DNA of 63,848 nucleotides, the filler included, from Octopus bimaculoides (Eukaryota): NCBI RefSeq assembly GCF_001194135.2. It is 10 parts of 9 records of this genome, joined end to end, with 100 filler letters (N's around TTAATTAATTAA, not from the genome) between each part and the next. Parts side by side here need not be neighbours in the genome. Positions count along the whole stretch, not along the records: positions 1 to 9,866 come from NC_068993.1; positions 9,967 to 21,480 come from NC_068982.1; 8 more parts are not named here. One strand, given 5' to 3'. Under the pieces are notes generated by a model. The model did not search any database and had not been told where the DNA came from. It was given only the letters and a program-made list of their open reading frames with translations. This document shows positions 1-13,299 of the stretch, in pieces. Position 1 is the stretch's first letter, and each line of letters starts with the position of its first letter. Both the position numbers and the translations under genes were made by a program.

Positions 1-780
1 TTACATGTGAGGTTGAGGAGGAAACGATAACTGGGCGGCGGGGAGGTGAGGAAGTGGTGGTGGTGGCGGCTGTGGGTGGTAATAATAGTGGTGGTAGTGA
101 TGATGATAATAATGATGATGATGATGGTGATGGTGGTGGTGTTGGTAGTGGTGAGTGTGTCGGTAGGGATAGTAGTAGATGTGTTGATGATGATGGTATT
201 GGTATTGATGCAAGTGGTTATAATACTGTTTCGGTTGCAGTATTAGTGGTGGTGGTTGTATCAATAGTAGTTGTAATAAAAGTGATGTTGTAGCTGTGTT
301 GCAGTAGTCATCAAAACGTTGTACGTCATATTGTGGTTGCGGTGGAAGTGATGGTAGTAGTAGTAGTGGTAATGGTGGTGGTAGTGGTGGTGGTGGTGGT
401 GGTGGTGGTTGTGGTGGTGGAAGACATTATGACAATGATAGTTTAGACATTGGTGACAGTGGTGGTGGTGGTGGTGGCACTGGTGGTGGTAGTGATGGTA
501 GTGGTGGTGGAACATTGTGACAATGATGGTTTGGATATTGGTGACGGTGGTAGTGGTGGTGGTAGTGATGACAGTGATAGTGGTGGTGGTGATGGCAGTG
601 GTGGTGGTAGTAGTGGTGGTGGAACATTGTGACAATGATGGTTTGGATATTGGTGACAGTGGTAGTGGTGGTGGTGGTGGTGATGGTGATGGTGATGGTG
701 ACGACGATGATGATAATGGTGGTGGTGGTGGTGGTGGTGACAGGGGGGTAGGTGGGAAGTTAAGAAATGTTCAGAAGTAG
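1..780. repeat. Cryptic (GGT/GAT/AGT)n trinucleotide tract with three copies of an embedded ~40-bp motif
   Basis: Simple trinucleotide composition. The motif ACATTRTGACAATGATRGTTTRGAYATTGGTGAC recurs at ~424, ~512 and ~624. The His/Val/Thr-rich ORFs are a by-product. Confidence 0.9.
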
Positions 781-879
781 CAAAAGATGAAACGTTTTCT
801 AAGACGAAGTGTTTAGAAAATGTCAATAATAGCCTGGAACTCTGTGTGCGTAGAATATGGCTCTCCTCGACTTAACTGG

Positions 880-1400
880 CATCGAAAGGGGAATCATGAA
901 AGAGTGGGCGAGAGAGAGGAAGAGTGAGAGAGGAAGAGTGAGAGACAAAGAGAGAGAGAGAGAGAGAGGGGGGAAATGGTGGAGAGTGGGAGATGGAAAC
1001 TTATTAAAAAATGACAACGCTTTTGAGAAGGTGAGCAAATGGAATAGAAAGTTGATGTGACATGGAAAGAGAGAGAGGGGGAGAGAGAGGGGGAGGGAAA
1101 GGGAGAGTGGGAGAGGGAGAGAAACTTGAAGTGACACGGAAAGAGAGAGAGAGGGGAGGGAGAAAGAGAGAGAGTATATGTGAAAGAGAGCATGCGGAGG
1201 AGAGTAAGTAAAATGAAGAGCAAGGGGAGAGGAAGAGTAAAATGATGGAGACTGAGAAACGAGGTAGAGAAAGGAAAGAGAGAGGGAAAGTAAGGACAGG
1301 AAGGGAGAGGAAGGTGAGAGAGTTATGACAGAGAGTTAGGGAGAGAGAGGGAGTAAGGAGAAAGAGATTGTAAAGAGAGTGAGCATAGAGAATATTTATA
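880..1400. repeat. (GA)n / polypurine tract
   Basis: Near-continuous GA/GGA/AGA runs. Confidence 0.9.
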
Positions 1401-1476
1401 TATTAAAAAGGACAAAGAGTTGAGTGACTGGAAGAATCAGAAGTGTGCTGTGTTAAGGAGGGAATTGAGGAGGAAG

Positions 1477-1513
<37 letters not shown>

Positions 1514-1924
1514 TAAATCCTTACAGGTTGTAATCAAGCTATAAACACAGGCCATCTACCAACACAATGTAACTTCATTACTTAATGATTAATTAATTCA
1601 AAGGCAGTATATTTCAACAGAAATTTAGTAACAAAAGAGTTAAACATCACAGTCCCCATCACTCTATGAAAAAATAACAAAATAAAAACATCTCCAAACA
1701 CTTAGAATCATCTAGAATATTCCAGAGAACTACAGCAAGGACATTTGGTGAGGAGGGTTGGAACTGTCATTCTTATGCAAGTTAGACAAATATAAGAAAC
1801 ACACAAACTTAATAGTAAAATCCTTAATCTCATAAGCTCCCAAAATATTGTTGTGGCATGTGACCCTGCATAAATGACAGAGGGGTAGTGTCTATTACAA
1901 TTTAACTGGCCCCTACCTCTTTGT

Positions 1925-2077
1925 TTATCTCTGCTGATGCTGCCATCGAAATCTTGGGGCATATAAAAGTATATTGGAAAGAGAAGAGACAGGAGACTGT
2001 GCAGCATGTTCAAGTTGTTGCATTGCATTTTTAGACAATTCTTCACTGCACATAGACATGTGCAGTTTGGTGTTCAA
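1925..2077 (-). CDS. Candidate terminal coding exon of an unidentified host gene (LNTKLHMSMCSEELSKNAMQQLEHAAQSPVSSLSNILLYAPRFRWQHQQR*)
   Basis: Unique, balanced-composition sequence between simple repeats. On the minus strand a pyrimidine-rich acceptor (TATGTCTCCACCTAG) is followed by 50 open codons with protein-like composition and TAA. No family recognised. Confidence 0.2.
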   Translation of the reverse strand: MNTKLHMSMCSEELSKNAMQQLEHAAQSPVSSLSNILLYAPRFRWQHQQR

Positions 2078-2459
2078 CTAGGTGGAGACATAGCATAATC
2101 AGGAAAGTGGATCTGTGAATCATGCCTTGTCTTTCCTCGGATAACCTTTATTCCATTGGACAGCTTAATCCATGCTAATCTGTAGCAATGCAGAAACAAC
2201 AGCAACAACAGCAGCAGTACCAATAGAAACAACTACAGATAGTTTAGTTATTGGTACCAGTAATATACTGAACTAGCGAGGGAGTTTCTCGATGTGGTTG
2301 CTCGACCTGATAGAAATAGGTGTCAAAAGTCCTTCATATTGCAATCAACCACTTTTAGCTGAAGGACACGTTTGATAGAGGAGAGGGGTGATGGATGGAA
2401 TACTATTGATTATAGTACTCCATCTAAGTGGAGCTTGAAAACATATATAAGGTTCCACT

Positions 2460-2712
2460 AGTACTAGCAGCACCATTACCACTGACAGTACAATCACCAC
2501 TACCACCACCACCACAACCATTACCACAACTATCACTACTAACACTACCTCCACCACTATCACTACTACTACCACCAACACTACTTCCACCACCATCACT
2601 GCTGTTGCTGCTGCTACTACTACTACTACTACTACTACTACTGCCACTACTGTGGCTGCAGCAGCTACCACAACTGCTGTTACCACTACTGCTGCTGCTA
2701 ATGCTGCTGCAG

Positions 2713-2761
<49 letters not shown>

Positions 2762-2831
2762 CACCACTACTACTACCACTACTACTACTACTACTAATAA
2801 TAATAATAATATTAATACTACTACTACCACC

Positions 2832-2894
<63 letters not shown>

Positions 2895-3340
2895 GTTTCA
2901 ACAACAACAGCTACCACAATTACCAGCACTACAACATGCCATCAGCAATAACAAAGAAGATAGCTGCAACAACAATATGTGAAAGAGAAACTCCACCACT
3001 GACAACAACAGCAATATCAACAACAGTAACACTACTGGTGCTAACAACAGCAGTTGTTAGCATATGCAACAACAACAACAAGAAAAAGAAAAAGAATAAC
3101 AGTTACAACAACAAATACACCACTGTCAACAACATAATCAACAACAGCAGTAGCACATGCAAGCAACAACAAAAACAACAACAACAACAACAACAAAATT
3201 AATGAAGTTCATCAATGTAAACAAAATAACAACAATTGTAACAGTAACACATGCACCTTTAACAACAATAACATCAACAACAACGACAACAACAACAACA
3301 GTAGCTAAACAACAACTGCTATATGCAAAACACAACTAAA
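2460..3340. repeat. (ACT/ACC/GCT/AAC)n trinucleotide tract
   Basis: Long runs of CTA, CCA and CAA; explains the poly-T/V/L/Q ORFs. Confidence 0.92.
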
Positions 3341-4415
3341 AATTAAAAGAAAAGTTGCGTCAACAAAAACAAGCCTAAGCAGAGGCAATAAGAAGTGTAA
3401 GAGGATATTCTTAATTGAAATTAATTGAAAATTGATGTGACCTTTGTATTTTTCTTGTTCTTCATTCACTCTATTAATTCGTTACCATTTTTGCATTATT
3501 GGATTATCCTGACTCCAGCCGATACTGAAACGCTTTAATTGATTAAGAAAACTGGTCTTTTATTCTGCACATAAAAATCTACTAAATTATGTTCTTTTCC
3601 TTTTTTTTTTGTTCCTGTTATGTTACGTTGGTTTTTTTTTTTAAACATATTTTTATTTGTCTTTTTCTTTTCTTTTTGTTTCAGTTTAGCTCATCATTCA
3701 TATAAAAATATCGCTGGTTCCATCATATATATATATATATATGTATATATATATGTAAGTATGTTAGTATGTATGTATATTATNNNNNNNNNNNNNNNNN
3801 NNNNNNNNNNNNNNNNNNNNNNNNNNNNNNNNNNNNNNNNNNNNNNNNNNNNNNNNNNNNNNNNNNNNNNNNNNNNNNNNNNNNNNNNNNNNNNNNNNNN
3901 NNNNNNNNNNNNNNNNNNNNNNNNNNNNNNNNNNNNNNNNNNNNNNNNNNNNNNNNNNNNNNNNNNNNNNNNNNNNNNNNNNNNNNNNNNNNNNNNNNNN
4001 NNNNNNNNNNNNNNNNNNNNNNNNNNNNNNNNNNNNNNNNNNNNNNNNNNNNNNNNNNNNNNNNNNNNNNNNNNNNNNNNNNNNNNNNNNNNNNNNNNNN
4101 NNNNNNNNNNNNNNNNNNNNNNNNNNNNNNNNNNNNNNNNNNNNNNNNNNNNNNNNNNNNNNNNNNNNNNNNNNNNNNNNNNNNNNNNNNNNNNNNNNNN
4201 NNNNNNNNNNNNNNNNNNNNNNNNNNNNNNNNNNNNNNNNNNNNNNNATATATATATATATATATATATGTATCTGTGTATGTATGTATGCATATATATA
4301 CATATATATATATATAAGTATGCCTGTAAATATATATTATTTCTGTTTTTCTTTTGTTCAGCTCATCTTCCTCACTTTTAGCACTTCTTTATATTCTTCC
4401 TACTTCTCCTTGCCT

Positions 4416-4465
<50 letters not shown>

Positions 4466-4640
4466 ACCATCCATCTCTTTATCTTTCTTACTGCGTCTCT
4501 TTAGAGTTACTTTCTCTTTTCTGTCATCTTCTAAGTAGTCTCAGTTCTCCTCCCCCCCACTTCATATCAAACCTCATCACTTCCACTGTTTCACAACGAA
4601 GCAACTTAGCAACTATACACACATACACACACACACACAC

Positions 4641-4681
<41 letters not shown>

Positions 4682-5163
4682 TACACAGGTACACTCACTA
4701 AGACATGCTCGTCTCCTGGCCCCGACCTTCACATCATATGCAACTTTATCAAACGACTTCGGCACCTCTCTTGTTGGTTACATTCTGTTTGGTGCCTGAA
4801 CTGACTTTTAATAAAATATGCTCTCACCTTTTTCCAACTTCACACCTTTTTGGCAGGCACTTCTTCTCCTTCACCCCTCCCACCATCATTACCACTAATA
4901 GAAACGTCTTCCCTCCTTCATTTCTTCTTTTTATGTCATTTTCACTTTCTCTATTGCTGTCTCATACTTTACCTCTTTCTCTTTTTCTCTTTCTTATGAT
5001 CTCTCACTCTCTCCCTAATTCTATCGCTATGATTCCTTTACTTTCTTTTTAGTGGTGTGTGTTTATATATATGTATGTATATATGTATTTATATATATAT
5101 ATATATATATGTATGTATATATGTATTCATATATATATATATATATATGTATGTATATATGTA

Positions 5164-5211
<48 letters not shown>

Positions 5212-5230
5212 NNNNNNNNNNATATATGTA

Positions 5231-5269
<39 letters not shown>

Positions 5270-6394
5270 ATATGTATTCATATATATGTGTGTGTCTGTA
5301 TGTGTGTGTATATGTATATATATATATATATTTCACACGTCCTCTCACCTATTTCTCTTTTTCTCTTTGTAGACACATACACACACACACACACACTCAC
5401 AAACATATACATACGCACACATAGATATATATATGGGTATTTATATGTGTTTATATGTATAAAAACATGTTACATAAATATTTATATGCATATATATTTA
5501 NNNNNNNNNNTATATATACATATGCATATACAGATACATATGTACAAAAATATATATGTATGCATGTATGTATACGTGTATGTTTATGAGCAAATATAAG
5601 TATATATATATATATATTTATATATTTATATGTGTATGTATACACACACACACATTACTACATCTCCACAACTTTGTTTCTTTCTTTTTCTCCCACCCAC
5701 TCCTCTCTTTCTCACTTCCTCCACCCCTTTCCTACCCCTCCTTATTTTTTCCTTATTCAGATCCTCACCAATCTTCCCCCCTCCCCATCACGTTCTCTCT
5801 GACATTGGTACCAACAACCGTACTAAAGCATTACAAAGTATGTAAGGTGTGAAACAACCGTAGAGAAAACTAACTCTTCCCTCCCTCCCTTCCTCTCCTT
5901 ACTCTCTCACTCCCTGCTCTCTTTTTCTCACTTTCTTCCCCCTCCCCACTCTTGCCTATGAGCTGTATCTGTTACTCTGTCTCTCTCTTTTGTTCTCTCT
6001 CTCTCTCTCTCTCTCACTTACCTATGCCTTATATCTTTCAGAATCAATAAAATGCATTGATACCATTTTTTTTTCTCAGTTCATATTTGTTTGCTTTTTT
6101 AAATATTTGTTTTTTATTTTACAAACATATAATTCTTTATTTTGCTTTTAAGACTTCGTTTATGTCACACTTTCTTTCTACTACTACTACTACTACTACT
6201 ACTACTATTACTACTACTACTACTACTACTATTACTACTACTACTACTACTAGTGGTTGGTGGTGGTTGTTGTTGATGTTGTTAATGTTTGATTCACAAC
6301 ATGTAAATATTTCTATTTCTTCAAATAAATCCCCAAGTTGTTTGTTTCTTTCTCTTAATAATATTCTTTAAATCGTTGTTAATCTATCTATCAT

Positions 6395-6463
<69 letters not shown>

Positions 6464-6728
6464 GTCTTTGCTTATTTGTCTGTCGAAATGTGCGTATGCA
6501 TACATGCACACGCATACACACATATACACATACATGCACATGTATGTGTANNNNNNNNNNNNNNNNNNNNNNNNNNNNNNNNNNNNNNNNNNNNNNNNNN
6601 NNNNNNNNNNNNNNNNNNNNNNNNNNNNNNNNNNNNNNNNNNNNNNNNNNNNNNNNNNNNNNNNNNNNNNNNNNNNNNNNNNNNNNNNNNNNNNNNNNNN
6701 NNNNNNNNNNNNNNNNNNNNNNNNNNNN

Positions 6729-6769
<41 letters not shown>

Positions 6770-7442
6770 CATACATATATATATATATATACATACATAT
6801 ATATATATATATATTTGTTTGAATTGTTTTGGAACAACACTAATTTTCTTCAAGGTATTCTTATCTACTTATTTATTTATATGGATAGAGACGGGACGAA
6901 GAAGACTTGACAGTAATAAAAAGAGAGGCAGGAGTAATAGGAAGAGAAAGAAATATTTATAAAGCTATATATTGAGAGATATAGAGAAAAGGAAAGAGAT
7001 AGAGGGAGAAACACTTAGAGGAAGGTAGGAAGAGTATAAGATAGGATAACAAATTGAGTATTAGTAAGACAGTAATAGAAAAGGAAAAGAAGAGAAAGAG
7101 ATTTGTAAAGACTTCAAAAAAGAAAAAGAATTAAGATGCAAATAAGCAAGAAGGAAAAAGCAGAAACAGGAGCTGTTGGGGTGGGAATGAATAAGAGACA
7201 GAAAAACTGAGGAAAATTGAGGAAACAGAAAGTAAAAGACCAGGAACTGAATTAAGTAATAGTGCATGGAAGTGGGCGAATGTAATTAATTTGAATTTAG
7301 AATTTCTCTTCATTCTTTGGAAAAAAAAAAACCCCATTTCATTCTAAGATGTCTAAGGTGCCAATGGACTATAATTGGTCTGCAATGGTGTGATGTAGCA
7401 GCAGTTTACAAAAGACATTGAAATTGGATGTCATGGAAAGTT

Positions 7443-7672
7443 TAACCATTTTGATGCCACCAACTTGCCTAAGACTGATTTCGATTCTATGATAGAAATT
7501 TCTTGTTTTGGGGTATTTGAAATGAAGATTTCCATTAAAATTTCATGTTAATTTATGTTTCAAACACCAGATTAATAATGACAAATGTATTTCAGTAAAT
7601 TCTTTATTATTTAAAAAAATTAATTGAAATATAGGCAGTATATTTCAACAGAAATATGATAACAAAAGAATA
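7443..7672. mobile_element. Degenerate MITE, possibly piggyBac-like
   Basis: Starts TTTAACCATTTTG. The right part GGCAGTATATTTCAACAGAAATATGATAACAAAAG matches a second copy at ~1602-1645, which ends AAAGAGTTAA (TTAA-type end). Confidence 0.35.
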
Positions 7673-7891
7673 CTCCTGAATGGCGTTGGGAATGAGTTGT
7701 CTTGCTTGTCCATGACTTTGAGGTGCTTTAACACCGAACACTTTCTGAGAGTCACCTCCATCATACCAAATCGCAGCCTACCAGCAAATATACGGATCAT
7801 GTACATTAAGTATGTGTGATCGGTAAGGTTTATTACATTAGCATTGCTTCCATTTTATATTTGAATTTATTCTTATGTATGCATTTTCCAT

Positions 7892-8045
7892 GGAAGCACA
7901 TGGCTTAGTGGTTAGGGTGTCGGACTCACGATCATAAGATTGCTGTTTTGATCCCTGGACCAGGCTGTGTGCTGTGCTTTTGAGCAAAACCGTTTTACAA
8001 TGCTCCAGTCCACTTAGCTGTAGAAATGAGTTTAACCTGATGAGG
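7892..8045 (+). mobile_element. tRNA-derived SINE 5' part (family B, diverged)
   Basis: A box TGGCTTAGTGG and degenerate B box GTTTTGATCCC; head is homologous to the 50650 copy. Confidence 0.7.
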
Positions 8046-8600
8046 GATGGGCTCCACCAGGCATTTTGGCTCTAGATATGCTGCATGGCTGCAGCACCCC
8101 ATCGAACCCCAAGGGGTTAAGGGACTTCTTAATTGCCAATGTATTTTCTGAGCCATACCAGCCTATAGTTTTCACACTATTTGCATATAAGTCATGGATT
8201 ATTAATTTATTCACCTCAAATTCAGTTTGTATATATGATGTTGATAAGTCACAAAAATAGCAAAATATTGATGTCTATCCATCTTGAATGGGATTTGGAA
8301 CAAGTTGTCTCACCTGTACATGACTTTCGGGTGTTTTAACACCTGGCGCCTTGAGAGAGTAATCTCCACCATGCTAAATAGAGTGTGGATACCAAGATGG
8401 TAGTATATTACTGGTATTTATTTATTGCATTGGGATTCTAAGTGATTAAAAATTGTTGACAAGAAGGATTTGAATACAAAAAAAAAAAAAAACAAGGACA
8501 AGATTAGTTACCATAAAAGACTTTTTTCTTTATCTTCATTGTTGAATATAAATTTGATGCCAGAGTAGCATAATTGGTAGAACACACACACACACACACT

Positions 8601-8681
<81 letters not shown>

Positions 8682-8714
8682 ATCTATCTATCTATACACT
8701 AATACACATAATGG

Positions 8715-8891
8715 ATGCTTGACCACTAAATCCACAAGTTTTTTATTCTCTCTCTATTTATTTTCTCTTATTCTTTTTTGTGGAAGAACGTAGGCTCAAA
8801 ACATAAAAGACTTTCTCACCTTCTCAAGCATCAAACTAATACATCTGCTTGTTGTTCATACACCTGTCTTCGTATTTTGTTTTTTTCTGTA
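8715..8891 (+). mobile_element. Decayed Penelope pseudo-LTR with dead hammerhead core
   Basis: ATGCTTGACCACTAAATC...TTTTCTCTTATT is shared with the repeat downstream of the Penelope ORF (minus strand, 27550-27620). TTGTGGAAGAACGTAGGCTCAAAACATAAAAG resembles a mutated CUGNUGA-stem II-GAAA-CGUA core. Confidence 0.55.
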
Positions 8892-9094
8892 NNNNNNNNN
8901 NNNNNNNNNNNNNNNNNNNNNNNNNNNNNNNNNNNNNNNNNNNNNNNNNNNNNNNNNNNNNNNNNNNNNNNNNNNNNNNNNNNNNNNNNNNNNNNNNNNN
9001 NNNNNNNNNNNNNNNNNNNNNNNNNNNNNNNNNNNNNTATACATAAGTGTATGTATGTGCATATGTATGTGTATGTGTGTGTGTGTAGGTGCAA

Positions 9095-9236
9095 AAGAAG
9101 TTTGCTTCCCAGCCACATGGTTCTGGGTTCAGTCCCACATCATAGCACGTTGGGTAAGTGCCTTCTACTGTAGCCTTGGGCTAACCAAAGCCTTGTGAGT
9201 GGATTTGGTAGACAGAAACTGAAAGATGCCCATTGT
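9095..9236 (+). mobile_element. tRNA-derived SINE family A, 5' half
   Basis: B box GGGTTCAGTCCC and body CCAAAGCCTTGTGAGTGGATTTGGTAGAC shared with seven other copies in the window. Confidence 0.8.
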
Positions 9237-9289
9237 GAATATATGTATATACATATACATATATATATATATATTCCATCTGATGCTAG

Positions 9290-9810
9290 ATGACACCTTT
9301 CTCGTCTGAGAAAAACCAAAACATGTTCGGCTGGAGAGGATGGTTGAGTTTGTTCAAAAGCTTCATAGTGCGATCTTTCTTCTTGTCCTTGATGGCTTGG
9401 GATAAAAATTGGTCCTTTCTCATCTTGTATGAGGAATACCAAATATCTTCATGTACTCCCTGCCTGATAAGAAACTCAGACACTCCCATGTCCCTAGCAA
9501 TGGACCTGATTGAATTGGAGGGATCGTTGTCAATCATGGCCTGGGTCTCGCCAACAAATTATTTTCTCATCAGAAGGATCAGAGTGAGTTTTCCGAGCTG
9601 CTGCACCTTCATAATCACCATTACACTCATCCAACTCTTTCCAAATCCTCTGCACTGTCCTCAGATTGACACCCAAACATTCTGAAATGTTCCTATAGGA
9701 GCTTCTGGCAGGAATGCCAAGCAGTACAGCAAGTCATTTCCAAATTTCTGGAAGAGTGAATTGCATATCATGGTATTGTTTTTCTCACAGACAGTGTCCA
9801 GCTGACCCTA
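9290..9810 (-). pseudogene. Tc1/mariner (probably DD37D/maT-like) transposase N-terminal remnant
   Basis: Minus-strand translation ...SIRSIARDMGVSEFLIRQ...KLLNKLNHPLQPNMFWFFSDEK gives an HTH plus the first catalytic D in FSDEK. The N-terminus QFTLPEIWK matches the 49.1 kb copy. Confidence 0.8.
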
Positions 9811-9910
9811 CTATACAGTGTAGCCGACAAAATCAAAGACAAACGAAATGAATGCATGAAATGAAANNNNNNNNNNNNNNNNNNNNNNNNNNNNNNNNNN
9901 NNNNNNNNNN

Positions 9911-9922
9911 TTAATTAATTAA
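9911..9922. other. Artificial spacer TTAATTAATTAA inside 100-base gaps
   Basis: The identical 12-mer is centred in N runs at 9911, 21525, 41700, 48320, 50585, 52485, 55232, 60424 and 62700; it encodes stops in all frames. Confidence 0.95.
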
Positions 9923-10210
9923 NNNNNNNNNNNNNNNNNNNNNNNNNNNNNNNNNNNNNNNNNNNNCTTCCCATGGACCGCAAATTAAATTTGTATACAC
10001 AAATTAAATCTTGCCATGGAGGAATGTCGTGGCGGACAAAAAACAAGACAGGAAAACAAACAGAAAAGGCTTTAGGGCCAGACGAGAAAAATTGTTTGTG
10101 TATGAACGCTGTGAGACACGAACTTGAAAGTAGGGACAAAGTGGTTCGCGTGTTAGCTCGGCGACGGCCAAGGAAGAAAAGGATTATTGACCGATATATA
10201 TATATCATGA

Positions 10211-10244
<34 letters not shown>

Positions 10245-11018
10245 AAGGAGTAGATTGAAAGAAATTTGATTACTGCTTCTAACAGGTCAAGGGACCACAC
10301 AGAGGGTCCCTTGCTGTTCATTATTGTTTATGGTATTTCTGTTCAAGATATCTTTGAAATCAATATAAAGACAAATATATGTGTGTGAGTGTGTGTCTGT
10401 ATGTGTGTGTGCGTGCGTGTGCGCCGAGTGTGTATATGAGTGCGTATGCATGTGTGCGTACGAATGTATGTATTTATTTATGTAAATACACAGATATGCA
10501 CACACAGACATACACACATAGCAGATGATCCGCACGACTCAAATATGTGTATGACCTAAGTGTTGTTAATGATGAGAGTAGCGACATTTCTTATCTAACT
10601 CTGTGTGATAAGTCAAATGTTAAGAGAAGAACCGACATAGAATTGCGTTTAAATGTAATCAGTTGAGTTGTGACTTGTAGATCCTGGATCGATAGAGTGC
10701 AACGCTGGCTAAAGTATCTCAACTCAAAATCTTACTTGCTACTTCACATATACACAGTTAAACGTGTGTGTTTGCGTGTGTCGGTGTGTGTACGTGAGCG
10801 CTGTTGTGTGTGTGTATAAATATATGCACATATATATATATATATGTATGTAATGTATACGCCAGAATTTACAATGAAGAGGAAGAAGTACTCAATACAG
10901 AAGTAGTGTGTCATATTATAACGGCTGAGACAACTCTCTGTTATGTGATCAAGCGAGAATACTCAAGAAACTCGAAGAAGCGACAAAGAGTAAATTCAGT
11001 TATACAATCTCTATAAAT

Positions 11019-11101
<83 letters not shown>

Positions 11102-11104
<3 letters not shown>

Positions 11105-11498
11105 ACGAGATTCTTCGAGTGCATTGAATGTATCTGACCTCCAAACCCGCCACATGCAAATTTTTTCCAAAAAAGAAAGGTGGGGACGTCGGAGTTTCCC
11201 ACCAACGGAGTCTTGTTTCACGGGTTTATCTATTCCATGTTATTTTGTATACTTTCGCCGTATGTGACATCGAAATCACGCGTAAACGGATCCTTACCTC
11301 AGAAAAGGCAAGATTTGGTTGCCATTTGTAGCACGCCCTACTACCACGTAACAGCTATTTGCAATAATGGACCCGCCGATATTTCGCTGTAAAATAATCT
11401 TTTGACCCCTTCCCTAACTCTTTCTTTTCCGGAAAAAAAGTGGCTTGCGGCGGGTTTGGAGGTCAGATACATTGAATGCACTCGAAAAAACCTGTGGA
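11102..11498. mobile_element. ~400-bp MITE with ~50-bp terminal inverted repeats
   Basis: Left TCCACGAGATTCTTCGAGTGCATTGAATGTATCTGACCTCCAAACCCGCC versus reverse complement of the right end TCCACAGGTTTTTTCGAGTGCATTCAATGTATCTGACCTCCAAACCCGCC. Non-coding interior. Confidence 0.8.
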
Positions 11499-11566
11499 AA
11501 AAAATTATTTCACACCGATGTTCGAACGGGTCCTTTACGATATATTTACCCATGGTTATTTACTGA

Positions 11567-11822
11567 TACACCGGTACAGAAGATTGTAGACAATGAAAGT
11601 AGCTGTAATAATTTTTTTGGCACCAGAAATCGTTACATGATTATTTTCTGATACACAAATACATCGGTACAGCGTCTTTGTTTGACCCTGCAGTCTTTGT
11701 TTGACAACTTCAGCCTTTCTAACATTTTGGTTATGTGTTGGTGTACGCAAATACACCGGTACAGAAAATTGTAAACAATGAAAGTAACTGTAATAATTTT
11801 TTTGGTACCAGACATCGTTACA
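11567..11822. repeat. Direct repeat of ~70 bp (two full copies plus a partial)
   Basis: ATACACCGGTACAGAARATTGTARACAATGAAAGTARCTGTAATAATTTTTTTGG at ~11567 and ~11752; partial ATACATCGGTACAG at ~11659. Confidence 0.8.
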
Positions 11823-13138
11823 ACGGTAAACGCTAGACAGAATGGTTGACAGAATAAAGAATGATAGAGATGTGTCGTCGTCGTCGTCGTCGTCGTATAA
11901 AATTTCCTTTACAGTCTCGTACGTAACGAATGCGCAAACGCACGCACACTCACAGACATATATACTCGTATACAAAATGTGACGTCGTCGTCATCGTCGT
12001 AGTATGAAATCTCATTAGTATAGTTGAGTCTAGAAAGATTATTTTCGAGAAAATGTTACATTGTTTTAATCCAAATGAAAATAAAAATTACATGTTGACA
12101 CTCGACACTCGCGGAGTGTAATACTATTACCTTGTAAAATTTGATTTGATTTGGTGGAGCCATTTGAGAATGCAGAGAGACAGAGAGACAAATAATTATA
12201 CACATACACACACGCACGCACACACATATTCCTGCGTTTAATTTTATCTATTCTTTCATATTATCTACTTGGAGTTTTTCTTTCCTCTTTAAGATATAAA
12301 AACTCCAGAGCGTAAACGATCGTGAATCTTCCGTGTATAATGTGTGTGTGTGTACACTCACACATACACACACATATACATGCATATGTATAAATACACA
12401 CAAACTGCAGATATTTACAGGAGGCTAACAGTTCATACATTTATAATATTTACACATATATACGCACACACATACACAAATATATATATAAATCCATGTA
12501 TGCATGTATGCATGCATGTATGTATGTATGTATGTATGTATGTATGTATGTATAAACAATGTTTCATTTCATACACTGATTACAATATGTCTACATACAT
12601 ATACATATACATATATACTCGTATATAAGAATTAAAATAAAGATTCAAATTAGACAATCAACGTTTTTTACATTCTCACACACAGTTATAAATTCGACTT
12701 AAAATGCATATATATATATATTAATACATATTGGCATATATGAATGTTTTTAAAGATATAAATATATCTCGTAAATATTTATAAAAATACGTGTAAATAG
12801 AATCCACGTGGGATATGTATGGAAAAGAATGCGAGGAAAAGAGAACTAGTAAAAATAATTTTCTGCACCAGAATTAAGAGCGGTTTTGAGCTCCATTTTA
12901 AAAATCCATAAAATTCAATCTGTCTTTTATTTAAATATATAAACGGTATATAATACAATTCGAGGAAGTCCCCTTTCTAGGGCTGTTTCCAGAGTAATGT
13001 CCTGGTAGAAAAATTAATAGGAATTTAACAAAGCATGCGGACAATGTCCCCTTCATCATGAAAAGTATCCTCATAAAATAATATTCTTGACAATTTTTGT
13101 CCAGAATGTATATATGTATGTATATATATATACATACA

Positions 13139-13174
<36 letters not shown>

Positions 13175-13299
13175 CACGCGCGTGCGCATATTGTATGATG
13201 TATAGTCATTGCATGAACTAAACACATTGTTACTGATAGTTTCATGAAAGAGTTTAAAAAGTCAATCAATCATTGTATAATATAAGACAAACTACCTTC

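Noticed and set aside
2345-3339. Poly-Val/Leu/Thr/Gln ORFs suggesting mucin or membrane proteins
   Set aside because: Pure trinucleotide repeats open in several frames on both strands.
9911-9922. Recurrent palindromic 12-mer TTAATTAATTAA
   Set aside because: Always centred in 100-base N gaps; a scaffolding spacer, not biology.
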